A DNA stretch of 64,000 nt, from the NCBI GenBank assembly GCA_964057225.1, contig OZ059894.1, forward strand, positions 9,052,001 through 9,116,000, in the 5' to 3' direction. Positions within the stretch are counted from its first letter, which is position 1. Each line of letters opens with the position of its first letter. The position numbers and the translations under genes are program-made. The notes beneath the pieces are model-generated. The model was not told the DNA's origin and did not search any database. It saw nothing but the letters and a program-made list of their open reading frames with translations. Shown piece by piece: positions 1-15,302 of this stretch. The stretch comes from Auanema rhodensis (taxonomy: Eukaryota; Animalia; Nematoda).

Positions 1-795
1 TGCTGTTCATCGAAAAAAAAAATTAATTTTGACAACAACTTTGACTAACGAAAATTTATAAATTTTTTTCAAAAAATCTTTGAAATACATACATAGCATA
101 TACTAGATATCAATATCATTGTTATATATATATGTATATACAGTTTTACAATGAATATACAGCTAGCTTACACGAATCATTGAGAGATGATCATGAATAA
201 TTCTATTTTCTGCTTTTTTTCCAAAAGACAAATTATGATTAAATTCAATAATTTCTATTCTTGGAACAGCTTATTATGAATTTATGATCAGTACTCTATC
301 ATGTTTCAGCAGCTTATGAAATAGTAAGAAATATTCATAAAAATGATTTCAACTAATTTTTTCTCAGCTTTACATGATTTTCGATTAACAATTTTTTTAT
401 TTATTTCTACTGAACTGAGAAAAAAAGAAGTTTATTTCATTTTTTTTTCTTTTATTGTATATTTTCATTTTTATCAGTTGACGATGAGAAATACTTGTAA
501 CATTGAAAAACAAAAAGAAAAAGATGAATATTTATTTAGTTACTTATGCGAATGCGAGTGCTTCTTAGTTTTATGGATCTTTCTTAGATCGTGAATGGCA
601 GAATTTGTCTTAGTTTATGACTTTAATATATCTTTAATACTTTTTCTTCCTCTTCTTCTTCACATATTTCAATTTTTCCATCTAAAGTTTTTCATTTTCG
701 TGCGTAAAAAGCTCTCACTTTGATTACGCTTCCCTTTTGGAATATACAACATGGGTGGTAAAATGTCTGAAACAGCGATATTAAAATTTGAAATC

Positions 796-797
<2 letters not shown>

Positions 798-830
<33 letters not shown>
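798..830. repeat. (TGA)n microsatellite
   Basis: Perfect trinucleotide run of ~11 units. Confidence 0.95.
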
Positions 831-831
<1 letters not shown>

Positions 832-2803
832 GAGAGAATACAGATAGAATAAGTGAGACAATATAAGAGAGTAAGAGAGTAAGAAAAATAGTTAGAGATA
901 GAGAAAGAAGTCGGAAGAATGTAAGAGAACATCCACAAAATATTCTTTAGTCACTATTCTTGACATCTATTCTGGTATTAGTGTATATGGCAATGTTATT
1001 CCTCCCAATATTTTACACAAGAAGTTTCAACTATTCTTTTCTATTTCAACCTACCATACAAGTTCAGTATATTAATTATTTGACGGTGATGCGATGTGAT
1101 CACATCAATTTCTTGTTATTTACAGAAAAAAACTCATAAATTTGTGGGAATTTCAATTTTTTTTAGTTAAAATTTCAATTTACATCTTCATTTTCAAGTT
1201 CTTCTATTTAAATTAAAAAATTGATAAGTTTTTTATAGAATATTCCTAATTTTTTTTAAACTTATTTCATATACTTTCTCATAAATTTGGTAGAATATTG
1301 AAATTAAAATGAAATTGTAATAATATTCTTCTTCAAAATGATGATTTTGTGCTTAACAATAGTCGATATACGGTCCGAAATTTAAAAAATCAAAGCTTTT
1401 CAAACTTTGAGATAAAAAAAATGTCGAAAAAAGTTTGAAAAGAACAATTAGATCTGAGGACGCTGCAAAATTTTTCAATAAAAAAAAGAAAAAAAAAAGA
1501 AAAAAGGAAAATGATTTTGTGTTCACGGATTTGAGGATGGTTTCGTTTACTTCCGTTTCTAGTTTGTTCGACCCCATGGAAGGCAAAAACTTATGAGAGA
1601 AACAAGTTCTTTACGTCTTTTTTTCCTGTTGGGTTGCGGGGGACTTCCTATATTTCAGAATACATCTCTTGAACATTCCGGCTCGAAATGAACAATAGAG
1701 TTATATGGATAAGCTCGATGAAGTTGATGACAAAAAGTTTTTGAGTATAAGGAAGTTTGAAGACAAAAAGAGGTTGAAAAAGTATCCTCATAAGGTTCAC
1801 AATGTCCATTATGCGAATTGGGTGGGGAGATGAAGATGAGTAGCAAAATGGTTGAAGGAAGAGAAAAGATAACTGCCAGCTCATATATAAGAAATAAGTG
1901 GAATATTAGACTTTTATAGTGGCAAGCCTCACTCATTCAACACTAATTTTCGAATTTTCATTTGTATTCTCTATAGATGCTAAATCTCCGAACTTGACTT
2001 TGAAAACAAACGAGAGGAGAATGTGAGACAGAGAGAGAGAGAGAAAAAAAAAGATTTTCATAGGCTTCATATCATGAACGAGCTATTCACTTCCGCGATG
2101 TTTCGTCTCTGTGCCACGATTGCCGTTGTTAGAGATGTCTTCATCAGCACCTGCATGTCTTTCGCTCTATCCCATACTTCAAACGGCAAAAACTGCTTTC
2201 GTTCCATCCGTCCGTCCTAACATAATCATCATTCCGTGAATCAGTATGCAGTTCTACTCCTACACTTTCTCCTGCACTCGTACTCTCTAATACTCTTTAT
2301 AGTTATAAACGTGTTCTTTCAATAAAACTCTTGAAATATTTTCAAAATCATGGGCGACTTGCTCTTCGTTTTGACCCTTGGGCTAAGAATCATTAAAATG
2401 CAGTTAAATAAGCATGCATAAGACCCATTGCTCTTTTAAGCTAAGTAAGAAGACAGCGTGAAGAAAAAAGCGAAAAGCACAGTTTGAGAGCGGAAAGAGT
2501 TTTTCGGACTTTCGAATAGAAAATGTTTAAAGCAAAACAGAGACTGCTGATGCAAGAACTAACACGTGCATTTTGATCTCGTTGACTTCTGCTCCGACTG
2601 TACTCTGAATACAGTACTTCACGGCTATTCCGACTTAATCTCAAAGCTCAACATACAATTTGATCTTCTATTCATAAAGCCAAAAGTAGGAAAAACTCAA
2701 ACGCAAAAGGCCTGAAGGAAAGGTTATGCATGCTTTTCCGTACCCTTCTTCTCTTCCTCTCTCCTTTTCTCTCACTTTACCTTTCTTTCGTTCTTTCTTT
2801 CTT

Positions 2804-2808
<5 letters not shown>

Positions 2809-2882
<74 letters not shown>
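2809..2882. repeat. (CT)n microsatellite
   Basis: Perfect CT run of ~37 units. Confidence 0.97.
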
Positions 2883-2885
<3 letters not shown>

Positions 2886-5800
2886 ACTTACAGCATTATT
2901 CGTTTCTTTTATTGTTTTCTCTTATTCCACTGCTCCCTTTTAAAATTTTTCTATTTTTTATTTCTTTACACGTTTTAGAACAAGACAATTTTCAATCATG
3001 GTGGGCCATAACAGAAATCAAAACATCATTTACAGCATAAGTTGCAATATATTGTTTTTCATATGACTTACATATACATGTCCGTATGTCTATATATATA
3101 TATATTTATATTCATATATATTTTTTTTCTCTTATATCCAAAAATACAAATATACAGAATTTTGATTGTTTTCTTGAATTTTATCTTACAGACATGTATG
3201 CGTCTACCCATTTTGTACATATTGTATACATATATACTATTTCATTTATGCTAACTATACTTACGTGAACTTTTACGTGAGTCTTTTTTTCATTTCTCCA
3301 AGTATGCTAAGCTCAATCCGGTTGCATTCCCATATTAGCCTGAGCTTTTAACTTATTTTTCCACCTTTGTTCGCTTTTTTACAGATATTTTTTATTCTTC
3401 TACATAATATTAATGTAATAATTCTATTAAATCATGAAAAATGCAGTGGAATGCTTCAGCCATTCTCTTTTATGCTTTTCACCTCTCACACTCGCAACAA
3501 GCTTCCATTGCTACTTTGGCGTAAAAGCGCTGTCTTGACTGACAGCGCTACTTCACAACCACTTGGATCCTTCTTTGTTCAGATAGTTATTCATAAAATT
3601 CTAAAAAGAATTCCTTGTTTCATTTGCTATATTTCTCTCTTCTCCTTCCTCATTCGCATATATATATTCGTGTGTTTGCTCTCTAATCTTCGTCTTTGAG
3701 TTTTATCCTTTTTTTTACTATCATAGATTTTTGGCAAGGAGAGAGGGGGGAGGGGTTATAGAGGGGGAGGGGGGGTAGAAGAGTAGGATAGGATGGTAGG
3801 AGTAGTAGGGTTGAACAAAAGAAGAACTTTGACTAAAGTTAATTAGAACTCACAAGTACGTTGAGACATGAAAACTTCTTTTTTTTTCTCAAATAAGCGC
3901 TTGTTCGAGTAGTTTTGAGATTCAACCGAATGCTTACTCGAAACACTGAAGATTGAGAACAACTTCACACACACACTCACATACATACACACACGGCATG
4001 ATCATTATTCGTTGTATTTATCTAAAGTAACATGAGAAGAGATCGATATACAATTGAATTAACACATGTTGACATCTTGAACTGCCCAATAGGTTTGCAA
4101 ATCATATCGTGTTTAAGTAGTTTTTGCCAATGTCTTCTTTGAAATAGAAAAGAGAAATAGAATGCAATCTGATGGAAGAGCAGGAATGGATAAGAGAGAA
4201 GCTGGAAGCTTAGAGAGCGAAAGAGAGTTTCACAAAGCACATCAAGTGGAAAACTAAGACCGTAATCTTCATCTATCTTCAATCTTCGTGTCTTCGACGT
4301 GGTTGTCAGCTAGCACAGTCAAGTACTTCTGCTTCTGCTATTTCTGATTTCAGTTGTGTATACTCTTAGGTTGTTCATATAACGTTTGAACGCGGTTGCA
4401 ATGACAAGAGGAGAAACACATATAGTTAATGACGATTCTCGCTTCTTATCTTTGTGAAAAACTTGAAAAACTTTTTGTTTTCTCTCAAGATCATCCACGT
4501 GAAGTATTCAAGCTGTATATATGCATATAGGAAGTACAACCTATATACTACGTATCAGATTATATGTAACAGAGAGACCAAAGAAAACGAGGTGAAATCG
4601 TTTGAAAAGAGTTGGCTAAACGAGTATAGAAGCTTTTACTAAGCAAATAAATATATTCAACCTTTTCATAGCTAGCCTTATGTTCAAATCTCTTCCAATC
4701 ATAAGCATCTCAGACCCCAGAATGTTTTTTTTATATTTTTTTAACAAAAGATTTCTTTTTCTTATATGTTCCAACAAACGTAATGTCCATTGTATTGCCT
4801 TAATCTTTGAAAAATAGCATTTTTTGAGGAATAATTTAGTCTTTGCGGATATGTCTAACGAGTATAAGCCATAATAACATACATACGTGACAAAAAAAAA
4901 CAATTGTTAATATACATTCATAGATTTTGACTTTTCTTTTTCTTTTTTTTTTCTAATAAGCATGGTTAATGAAGTTTGTGTTAAAGCTAGTTGTTAGCAT
5001 ATGTATGTATGTGTGGATAGAATGCAATGTTCATATGCTAATGCTTTTCACGTGAGAATATTTCACGTTTTTTCACGTGATTTTCTAGCCATAATCACTT
5101 TTTTTTTGTGACGTTGGATATGAACGGTTGCTTAATCGTTGTCTTTTCTTTAAATCTTCAAATTTTTGACTTCTGAAGTGTGCAATGAGTTTACGTCATG
5201 ACATTTATTATCCAACTACGATACACATGTCAATCAATTTGTAAAAATTTTCCCATTGTTTCAAAGAAAATGTTGGCAAAGTTTTTATAAAAAAATATAT
5301 TTATAATTTTCATATTTTGTTAATTCATTCATCATTGCATATCAAGAGATGATCGCTCTTTCACTATTCACAAATCGAAAAATCTGTCTCATTATGTAAA
5401 ATATTTGAATTACCTTCAGCTATACATGCTTCCTGAATTGGACAATTAAACATAATTCATTCAAATAATAAAGATTTTTTTGTATATTATACTCATACAA
5501 GTAGTCTCATTCAATACTATTTCATGCAAAAAAAAAAATAATTTTCTCCATTCTTCTCTAATTTTTCATTCAGAAGTTTCTTCTTCAACTTATTCTCAAT
5601 TTATAGTCTTTATATAGTTTATATGGCAATGTAATACTAATATTAAAAAGTAAAAGATACATATAGACTTATTTTCAAAGCCCCCATTTTAATAATTGAT
5701 TATGCCAGCATAGATAGTCATTCCTTACCCTGCGGCTTGATGTCTCTCTGTTGTTGTGCTCTCTCTCTCTATGCCAAACGTTCCCTCAGGCAAAAGTTTG

Positions 5801-8800
5801 GATTTCGATGGTAATTTGAATGAAATTCATTATTTACCTTCTATAACTACCAGCTGTTTATTTTGAGTTTTTTTTATTCATTCGTTTATCTGAAAATGAT
5901 GAAAATGAAGCATATATTCAGATGCAGTAGGGGAGGTACCATTGGCTACATGTAAGTATATATGAACCTTATTGTAAATAAACTAACTGATCAACGATTG
6001 TCTTTGTTTTAGTTTTTGCTGAATATGTCTTTTTCTATTTTGAGTTTCATACTGATTTAACTGGAAAAGAAAGGAGAAGACCAAATATTTCCATTCCATT
6101 TATCCATCATTGAAGAGAAGAATGTATGTATGTATGTGGTGAAGGTTCATAGAGCATACAGACTCAACTTCAATAATATATATATAGGAATTCTGAATCA
6201 CTAGTGATAAATAGAAAACTTTTACTTCATTGTATGGTAATATGACTTCATTCCATTTATAATATGTTATGTTATTATAGAACATTGCCAAGTATTCAGT
6301 GAACATATAGAAAACATCTCTTTCTCTCTCTTTATTTCCTTAGTTCTTTCAGCTTTTCCTATTCTTTTTTCTGACTGAGCCTATCATGTATTCCGTCTGT
6401 TCTAACTATCTCTTCTCAATCCATAACTTCTCATTTTCACTCATCACATGAGAAGTCGAACACACAAAAAGCAAAATCTTGATTGAGCCATGTTCGGAAC
6501 TATGTTCACAACTATGCTACCTAGGTTAGTTGAATGTCTGTATGACTTTTATGAAGAGAAGACATCAAGCTAAATAATATTTATGAAAGAGAACAACATT
6601 TGGAATATTCATGAGTTTGCATGTTAGCACATGGTTTCATGGATAAGTACTCTGATTTGTCATTTTCAAGCTGCATTGTGGTAGACCCATTATTTCATTC
6701 TCTGTTGCTTTGCATCCTAAGTAATGAGACCACATTTTTTTTCTTTTTCTTTCTTCTTAAACATCCTCATATGACAGCCATGCTCATATATCTGTGTGTG
6801 CTATATCTTTCTCTCTCTCTCTATCTCTCTCTCTTTCTCTCTCTATCTTTCTCTCTGCTTATTCTTCCTTATTTCCTTTACTGATTTTTGAATTCACAAG
6901 CATCTCCCTCTATAACTCTTCTTTTAGCATATACATATACGTAAGAGATAGAAATGTATGTCCAGCCATCAGTAATCTCATCCTCAAGATTCTTTAGGAT
7001 TCACTCTTTGCTGAATTGCCTTCCATTTCTTAAACTTCGTCTTCATCTGCTTCTCAACTCACATACTACTTCATCTCCAATTTCCTTATTTGCAGTTGAA
7101 CATGTGCTATTGAACTGGCTGAATAAGCACATTAATCCTTCTGATTGTTTATCAAGTTATGATCATTAATCTGCTTCTTCAAGCTTTGTGTTTCTGATGA
7201 TTAATGCTGATATTTCAGATTCTATTCTTTAAATGTCAAAATGACTTTTTTTTTGTTTCGTATGAGATTTTTATAATAACTTTTACTTAAAAATAATTAT
7301 AAAACGAACATATTCATCATCATTTTTAATATTTATTTGTGCAAAAAAAACTTTTTTTTCATTAATATAAGCAAGGTAATTTGATATTCAAAACGTTCTG
7401 CTAATCGTTTGTTCCAATAGTAGGACTAATTGGCATTGTCATATACAGATCCGACCTTATAAACGACTTATTTTCAATACTCACTCTAGGAAATAAGATA
7501 GAGAGAGGGTGAGAGGGTAAGAGATAGAGAGAATGGGAGGGAGAGGGAGGGAGAAGAAGAAGAAGAAGGAGAACTTTGGATGTGCAGAACGAAAAAGAGT
7601 ATATGACAGAGAGAATTTTGAAAAAAGAAGGATATGTAAATGAGAGAGAAGACTAGAGAGATGTCTGAGAATAGACGAATTGGATAAGCTTCAAGCTCCA
7701 TAATGATGTCATGAAAGAGAGTTTTAGATCGAGATTAAAACACAAGAATAGCTCATTTTTCGTTCTACTTAATCAGAACGTCCAAGTAGGTAATGCTATA
7801 CATGAACATACATACATTAGCATGTCTGATTAAGCATAAAGCCTTGAGTTCACGTAAAATCTCTCTGTTTCATCTTCTGCCTTAATCACAATCTCACATT
7901 AATTTCTCATAAAATAATAATTAGTTTGAAGTAAAAAAATTACATAAAAGAACATGTATATCAATATACTAAATACATATACATATACATATGTATATAT
8001 AGATAAAGGTATTATATGAAATACATTCAACTTCATTCAAAAATCTGGTATATTCTATAGATATCCATAGATGTACATCTATACATGTGCATGTATGTCC
8101 CATTATGTAACGAATAGCTTTTCATACACATCAAGAACTGATTTCTAATTTCTAATCTTCGCCAATCAGCAATAATCTATTATGCTTTTACGATATATCG
8201 CTCATCCTAGCTTTTCAAATTATTCCAAATGTTTTTTTTTCCATTTTATTCGAGACTTACATCGATTCCAGACATATTAGTTCATCGAAAGATGAGCAAC
8301 CTTCCTACACGTGGCATTCCATGTCATAACTCTTTGGTTTCTTCAACAGGATTTAGCTCAAAATCCTTATATTCTATTTGATGTTTTCAATATATTACGG
8401 AAAACTTTCATACAGCTTCATATTCTTTCGAAATTTTTTATATTTTTCTCCCTTTTTTTATGAAATAGATATATCAGATGCTTAATTGTTTTTTATATAT
8501 TTTTACAATTGTTGCTGAAAAAAGCCAACAAATATTGTACTCCTTTCTTGTCTAACCTTCAAGCTGTGTTTGTACTTATCCATCACTCAAATTTTTTGCT
8601 AAACGCACAGTTTTCATGATTTCAACAACATTTTTCATTCAGCTTTTTTTTGTCGCAGCATTGTTTTCCAGCGAACATAGAAAGGTTTTTTCTTATTCAA
8701 TATCAAACAGCATTGCAAAACTTGGCTACAACTTATTTGCAATATCTTCTTCTCTTGGCTTACAACATCCTCAAACTTCTGTCGTTCCATTACATTCGCA

Positions 8801-10002
8801 CTTGTGATGTGATGTAAACTTTCAAATTATCATTAGCATGTAAAACATGAGAAAACATGTTGAAAGTTAGATTGAACATCTTCTCCATATTCAATGTCTA
8901 TTTAATGTTTTTTTCTATGAATATGTACATATTTCATATTTTATTGGACATTAAACAACATTACGAGCATATGCATTTGTAATTTTTTTTAAAATCTTTC
9001 AAATTAACCTTCAGACTTTTTGAGTAAAAAGAAAAGAAAACGAGAGAAAGAGGAAGAGAAGGATTAGACAGAAGTGAGATTGACAAAATGAAAAAGCAAA
9101 CTACATTGCTTACAAGCTCTTAGTTCACCTAGACTTTCGTATGAAAAATATTGGAAGAAAAAAAGACGTCAAAAGCACGAGTTTCTTCTTTTTCTATGGT
9201 GAACTTCATTTTTATATTTTTGTTTTACATCTTCCTTCCTCTTTCTCTCATTTACACCTTAACATCGTTGTTCTTATAACATACATGTAGTAGAAGTCGT
9301 TGTCTTCTAAGCTGATTTGATCACAGTGCATTCAAATTTAATGAAAACTCTTTCAGATCTTAACGTAAACAAGGAAAACTTCCTTATATTTTGTGGTTAA
9401 AATTCATATTTGATAAACATCGATGTACATATCCTATTTGTATAAGATATACATGTATGTATGTGTCTTATTTTCTTCAAATCTCGTTTGAAATATTTTT
9501 GACAACTTCTCTCTGATCTCAAGCTAAAGTCTTCTTTCTTTTCGTATGTGCTCAAGAGAAAAAGCAGATTCAAAAAAAAAGGCTTGTTGACAAATTTGTG
9601 ATACATTGGCTTCTTCCAGGCATAGTTGCTCATTCGGACATCTTTAGGTTGTTCTCTTCGTTCATTTATTCGTTTTTTTTCTTTTTCCAAAACACATTAC
9701 TAAAGCATCTCAGTTATTATGTTATTTAAACTGTTTTAATCCTTAATACATGTCAGTTTCATGTATTTCTTTACTTTTGTCAATTATTCGCATGTTTCCT
9801 CGTCACAGCTGAATCCTAAGGTGTGATGCCGAGGATTTTGGAGGATGAAAATCTTTTCTATTTTTAATCTTGAACAAGAAAAAAGAAGAAGACGAAGGAG
9901 AAGAGAAATTCTGTTACATTCATATACCTAGATATTCTGTGTTTTTTCTTGTTTTTCTTGAAAATTTGTCGTCTTCATCGACTTGTAAGAAGGAAAGAAA
10001 CA

Positions 10003-10012
10003 GGGAGGGAGG

Positions 10013-10066
<54 letters not shown>
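10003..10066. repeat. (GGGA)n(GA)n microsatellite
   Basis: Directly visible compound purine repeat. Confidence 0.95.
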
Positions 10067-10067
<1 letters not shown>

Positions 10068-12405
10068 GTATATATGTATATTAAGAGAGAAAAGTAAGAA
10101 TGGGAAAAAGATACTGAGATATGTTCTATAAAATCTATTCGATGTACATGTATATATCCGAATAAAATTATTATTCACATATAATTTAGCGGAAAACTCT
10201 CTTTTTCACTTTTCTTTTTGATTAATCTGAGAATATCCAATGATCATATATTCATAACTATAATACCATCTCATAATAACATTATTATAACTATTTTATT
10301 ATAATATTACTCTGAAATTTCTATAATAATGCGTTGAAAATCATCATCAAGTAATACACGATATATACTATCAAATCTGCATTCCAAATAGTTTTTTCTT
10401 CTTCTTCTTCTTCTACTTCCAAACATTTCTCACTTTTTTCTTTCTCTCCCAACGTTTTGACTAGTTTTATGTAGTTCAATTTACTTAAAAGTATATTGTT
10501 TTTAGATAATTGCTGATTACAAAGAAGTACATTTGAACACTTTTCCCTCCATTTTTCTAACTACAATATAAAAATCATTTTTTTAATAATTTATTAAAAT
10601 TTCTTAACATTTTTGACTACATACATACACATACGTACATGTATGTACATGAAAATCTTTTACCAAACCCTCTCTCTTTCACACCGCCCTCCTCTCTTCC
10701 TCCCTCCTCCTACTCCCCCCCCCTCTTTTCTCTTCCTCCTCCCTCTCTCCCTTTTTCTCTCAAGTGTATGTCTAACAATCCTAACAATAAAATTTTTTTA
10801 TTCAATTGTGAGAATAGAGATTGAGAACACCACCCCACACAATTAGATAAGTAATTATATTTAAAAATAAATAAACTTTTATATATTAAATAGAATAAAC
10901 TTATTATTAATGTTTTTGTGTTTTTTTTCTATTTTAATCAGTTTCTGAGATATAATTTTGCACATTTTCTATCACTTTACTTTCAATTCATTTAACTTTA
11001 TATATATATGAATTATTAAAATTAATTTATGTGTAAAATATGCGTTTGTGATTAAGAATGAGAAATTTGATTAAAAATTAAAAAAAAATAATAATTGGTT
11101 TAAATTTAAATTACTTTGAAGTAAAACAAAAATAAAATTTTAAATAATATACATTAACGAATTAATATTATAATTATAAATATATTTTTTAATCTGAATT
11201 ATAATTATTTTTATGAATTATTCAATCTCAATCACTATACTGCTGTATATAGCTCATCACCAACCTTGACACATTACAAGCATTAAATCTTCTTTTTGTT
11301 TTGTTTTTAAAAAGTTAAATTTACTCAAATATTAGTCATATGAGCTAATTCCAGTTATCGAAATATCAGTTTCCATGTTATCTAGCAATATAGAGATATA
11401 GTAGATGTATTGCATATGTATATATGAATGAATGTATCTTTTACATTCAAACCTCTTCTTCTTCTTCTTCTTCTTCTTCTAAAAATTTAAAATTTTATAA
11501 ATTTATATAGTAATCAACACTCTTTTTATCTTATAAGATTCAAGAATATTTCAATAGATACTTCCGTCATATTTCTTTAGTTAACGTAGGTATTTGTGGA
11601 ACACATCAGAAAACAAATTATACGAATAGAAGAGCAAAAATTAAAATCTTTAAAGCAAACAGTTTAACAGCCCATGAAGATAGAAAGCTTGCTTTGACAT
11701 TTTCTTCAACATTATCCTCTCTTAATTAAAAAAATGTAAATTCATTCCAGATTCTTGACTTCTTTCTCTCTCTCTCTCTCTCCCTCCCTCTCTCTCTCTC
11801 TTTCTCTCTTATTCTCTTTTAGTGTCCCTTTTCTTGTTCTCTCGTGACTATAATAACATGTGACCGAAAGATCAAAATTAATTCCATGAGCATTTAAAAC
11901 CATGTTGTCTGTGATTTGTCATCTCTCCAAGAACATCCTTTCATTGTCTTTTTCTGTCCTTCTTGACTGTCATCTTTCACATTTCTTCTTATAATATTCT
12001 CATTCTGCTTGTATTCAAAATCTATTTATAGCTTATAGCTTCATCAATATTATCAACATTTGACTTCCTCTCCTCCTCTTGCTTTGTAATCTCTGAAACG
12101 TTGAAAAGAAATTACCGGATCATATGAACGTATGTAATCCAATCATTTAAAACTTTGAAAAATAATACAAAAATATATAATAACTCAAATATATATATAT
12201 ATACAGACATATGTATAGTCCAAAATTGAATTAACTAGTCAATATAAAGAACTTACAGAGCTTGCGTACTTTGTAGTTTGTTAATTCTTTGTCTTTGTCA
12301 TGGTTGCTTCGTCTCTTCTCACTTCTCATCCTTTTCATTCCTTCCTTCCCGTTCGGGTGTTATTCTTCCCCCTCTCTTTCTTTCTTTCTTCTTATCTCCC
12401 TCTCT

Positions 12406-12439
<34 letters not shown>

Positions 12440-13925
12440 TAATTTCTCTCTGAGTTATATTCTTATTCTTCACGTACTAGAACTATTACTCTAATGATTA
12501 TGCTTCTTCTCATTCCTTGTTCTCCTTTTTGATTTTCACAATCTCGTTTTCTTTATCCTTTTTTTACAATTCGCATTTCCTTTTTATCTGCAAAAAAAAA
12601 GACTTTTTTCTATAATATTAGCCAATTCTCTTTTATTTCTTTATTACTATGCTCTTTATTCTTTTCCACTTTCTCGCTATTTTTTTTTCTCTCTCTCTCT
12701 CTGTCTCTTAATATCTCTTTCTCTTTATATTTTCTTTGCTCAATAGCTTTATTTCTTTGTTTATGTTTATCAGTAATTCTCATACTGCTTGTGGGTTCAA
12801 TTGTCTTAACCGACTCTGTAATCATTTGATCTTCACTGAATTGCTTCCATAAAGTTGTATTCACTCATTCAATGTTTTTGTTTAGAATTTTCTTTTTTTT
12901 TCCGAATTTTCATTCATTTTCCTTTTTTCCGCATCAAACTACTTAGTTAAACACCCTTCTAATTTGCTGTATAGTTAATTTGAAAGCAACAAGTTGTCCA
13001 TCAATCACAGCTTCTGGGTTTACCTCTCTCTCTTTCTCTTCTTTGCCCTCTCTTCGTCTCCCTCTCTTTCTATGTATTCCTTTATCTGTAGATGGCAGAG
13101 CTAGTAGGACCCTTTTCCGTTTTAAGCTTTGTCTCACATTCTCATTCATCCGCCGTTGTCGTGAGATATAGCTTCTGGATTCTATTCCTGTTGCCCTGTC
13201 TCAGTTCTACGAGATGGCCATACTTTTTTCTTCTGTAAAAGAATATTTTTGAGTTTAAGAAGTATATTATCACATTGTATTTGTAGTTTGTTCGTTTTTT
13301 TCCATCTTGAAACTGATATTCAATGATGTTAACTATGCTTTTCCCTCTTTAAGTATGATCTCAATGAAGATCTTCTGTCTATTTGCATAATTATTTTCCT
13401 TTTTCATATCATTAAAGAACAAAAAATTAAAAATATATTTCAATTAGTGTTAGCAGAAACTGACAAAAATCTCTAATGAATATAGAAAAAGAAAAAAAAT
13501 CGAATTATTTAAATACGAACTAATGCCCCCTATACGACATAATTAGTTCATAAAAAGCACTTTATTCTGATTTCTGACCACCTTATGCTTCATTTGCTTG
13601 AAACACAGCAACTGTCAGCTTTTCTTCGCCAAAAAAAAAGAAGATGACGACACAAGTGTGCAATTCTTCTTTCTGCTACTCCTCATTCTCTCTTTTGTTG
13701 AAATCAGCTAAGAAGTTGCTGCGCGTTTTGCTGTTTTCATGGATGAACTATACCCATTTCCTGTTCTAATATTAACTACTCATTACCTATACGTGTCCAT
13801 TAATCATTCATATTATGTGAAAGCTTTCATTATACTTTCATGTTGTTCTTACTGTCTTTCGTCATTGCTCTTCTTCAACTAATTTTTGTAATTTACAGGT
13901 GTTTGTGCGCGCCCCATCTCCTTTA

Positions 13926-14989
13926 ATGGAGGGGGTGTGGCTGATGCTTTTCTGTATTTTATTCATTATATTAGCCATCGTGGTGCTAGTCATCTCACTC
14001 TACTGTGGCATGACGCTATGTCGGACAACAAGCGGACGATACAAGTATTCTGGTGAGTGCACGTTGACAAACTAATCTTTATCTCTTCTCTCTCTCTCGC
14101 TCCCTCTCTCTCGTTCCGTGTTTCGCAAAAAAAGTTTTATTTTACATATGTATGCAAGGGAATGATTAAGTGAACAAGCTTATGTATGTATATAGATATG
14201 TACACAGATAGATAGATCTATGTTTGTGTGTAGCTTGTTGTACTGAGCGTTTGAAGACTAACAGTAAAAGTACAAATCTCATTGACCATTTGCTATAAGA
14301 GATTCCATGTTCATGTTTCAACTTTCAGTAACATTATGAGAAAAAGATGGAGCGCGCGAACAATTAAATTTTCAAATCTATCCAATTGTGCCATAAGATG
14401 TTTTACATGTTTCTTGCAAAATTTAATCACAATTTCTTTCTCTCTTAATATTACGTGAGAATATTAATGTTTCAAATCACACAGGCTACTTCTCAGTCAG
14501 AAGTCTGTAATGCTGGTGTGTGGGTTTCACGTGAAATTTCACGAGATCTGCCCACCACCTCTTCAATTCATTTTTCTCTACGCTTTCTCCCTGATCGGTT
14601 GGATGTAGTATACATGTTGAGCAACTGAAAGCATTATATTTCTCATCATATCTGGCTTAACTATATACTCATTTTCGATGCTTCTTGACTATTAATTTGC
14701 GTTTTCTACTTATTAATTGCGAAAAATAGTTTCTTTATATTGATGAGTACTGAATATTCGTTATATTCAATGAAACCTGCATGAGAAAAACAATGAAAAC
14801 TTGTTTTACAATTTGACTTTGATTTCTATATCAATAGCGCTTTCTATGGGTTACACATATTGTCATGAAATATAGCTATTTATAGTAATCATTAAACGAA
14901 ATATAGAAGATTGTCATTATCATGAAGCATCTATTTGACCATTAACATTCTTCATTTCTTCACAATTTGTGTTTCTTTCCCTCCCTCCT

Positions 14990-15047
<58 letters not shown>

Positions 15048-15260
15048 TCTCTATCTCTTTTTGAAGACAGATTATCTGAAAACAACAGGAAAAGAAACTT
15101 TCCTTTAAAATATTGTTAATTAGATCGTTATTGCTTTAGCTACTTTCTAAAGATATTCTTCATGTATCCTTTATAATTCTCCTTTTTTTTGCAATGTTTT
15201 CTTTTTTTGAAATAAAATTAATGATGAATTTGCATACAGAGATAGAAGAAGTGCTATAGA

Positions 15261-15302
<42 letters not shown>

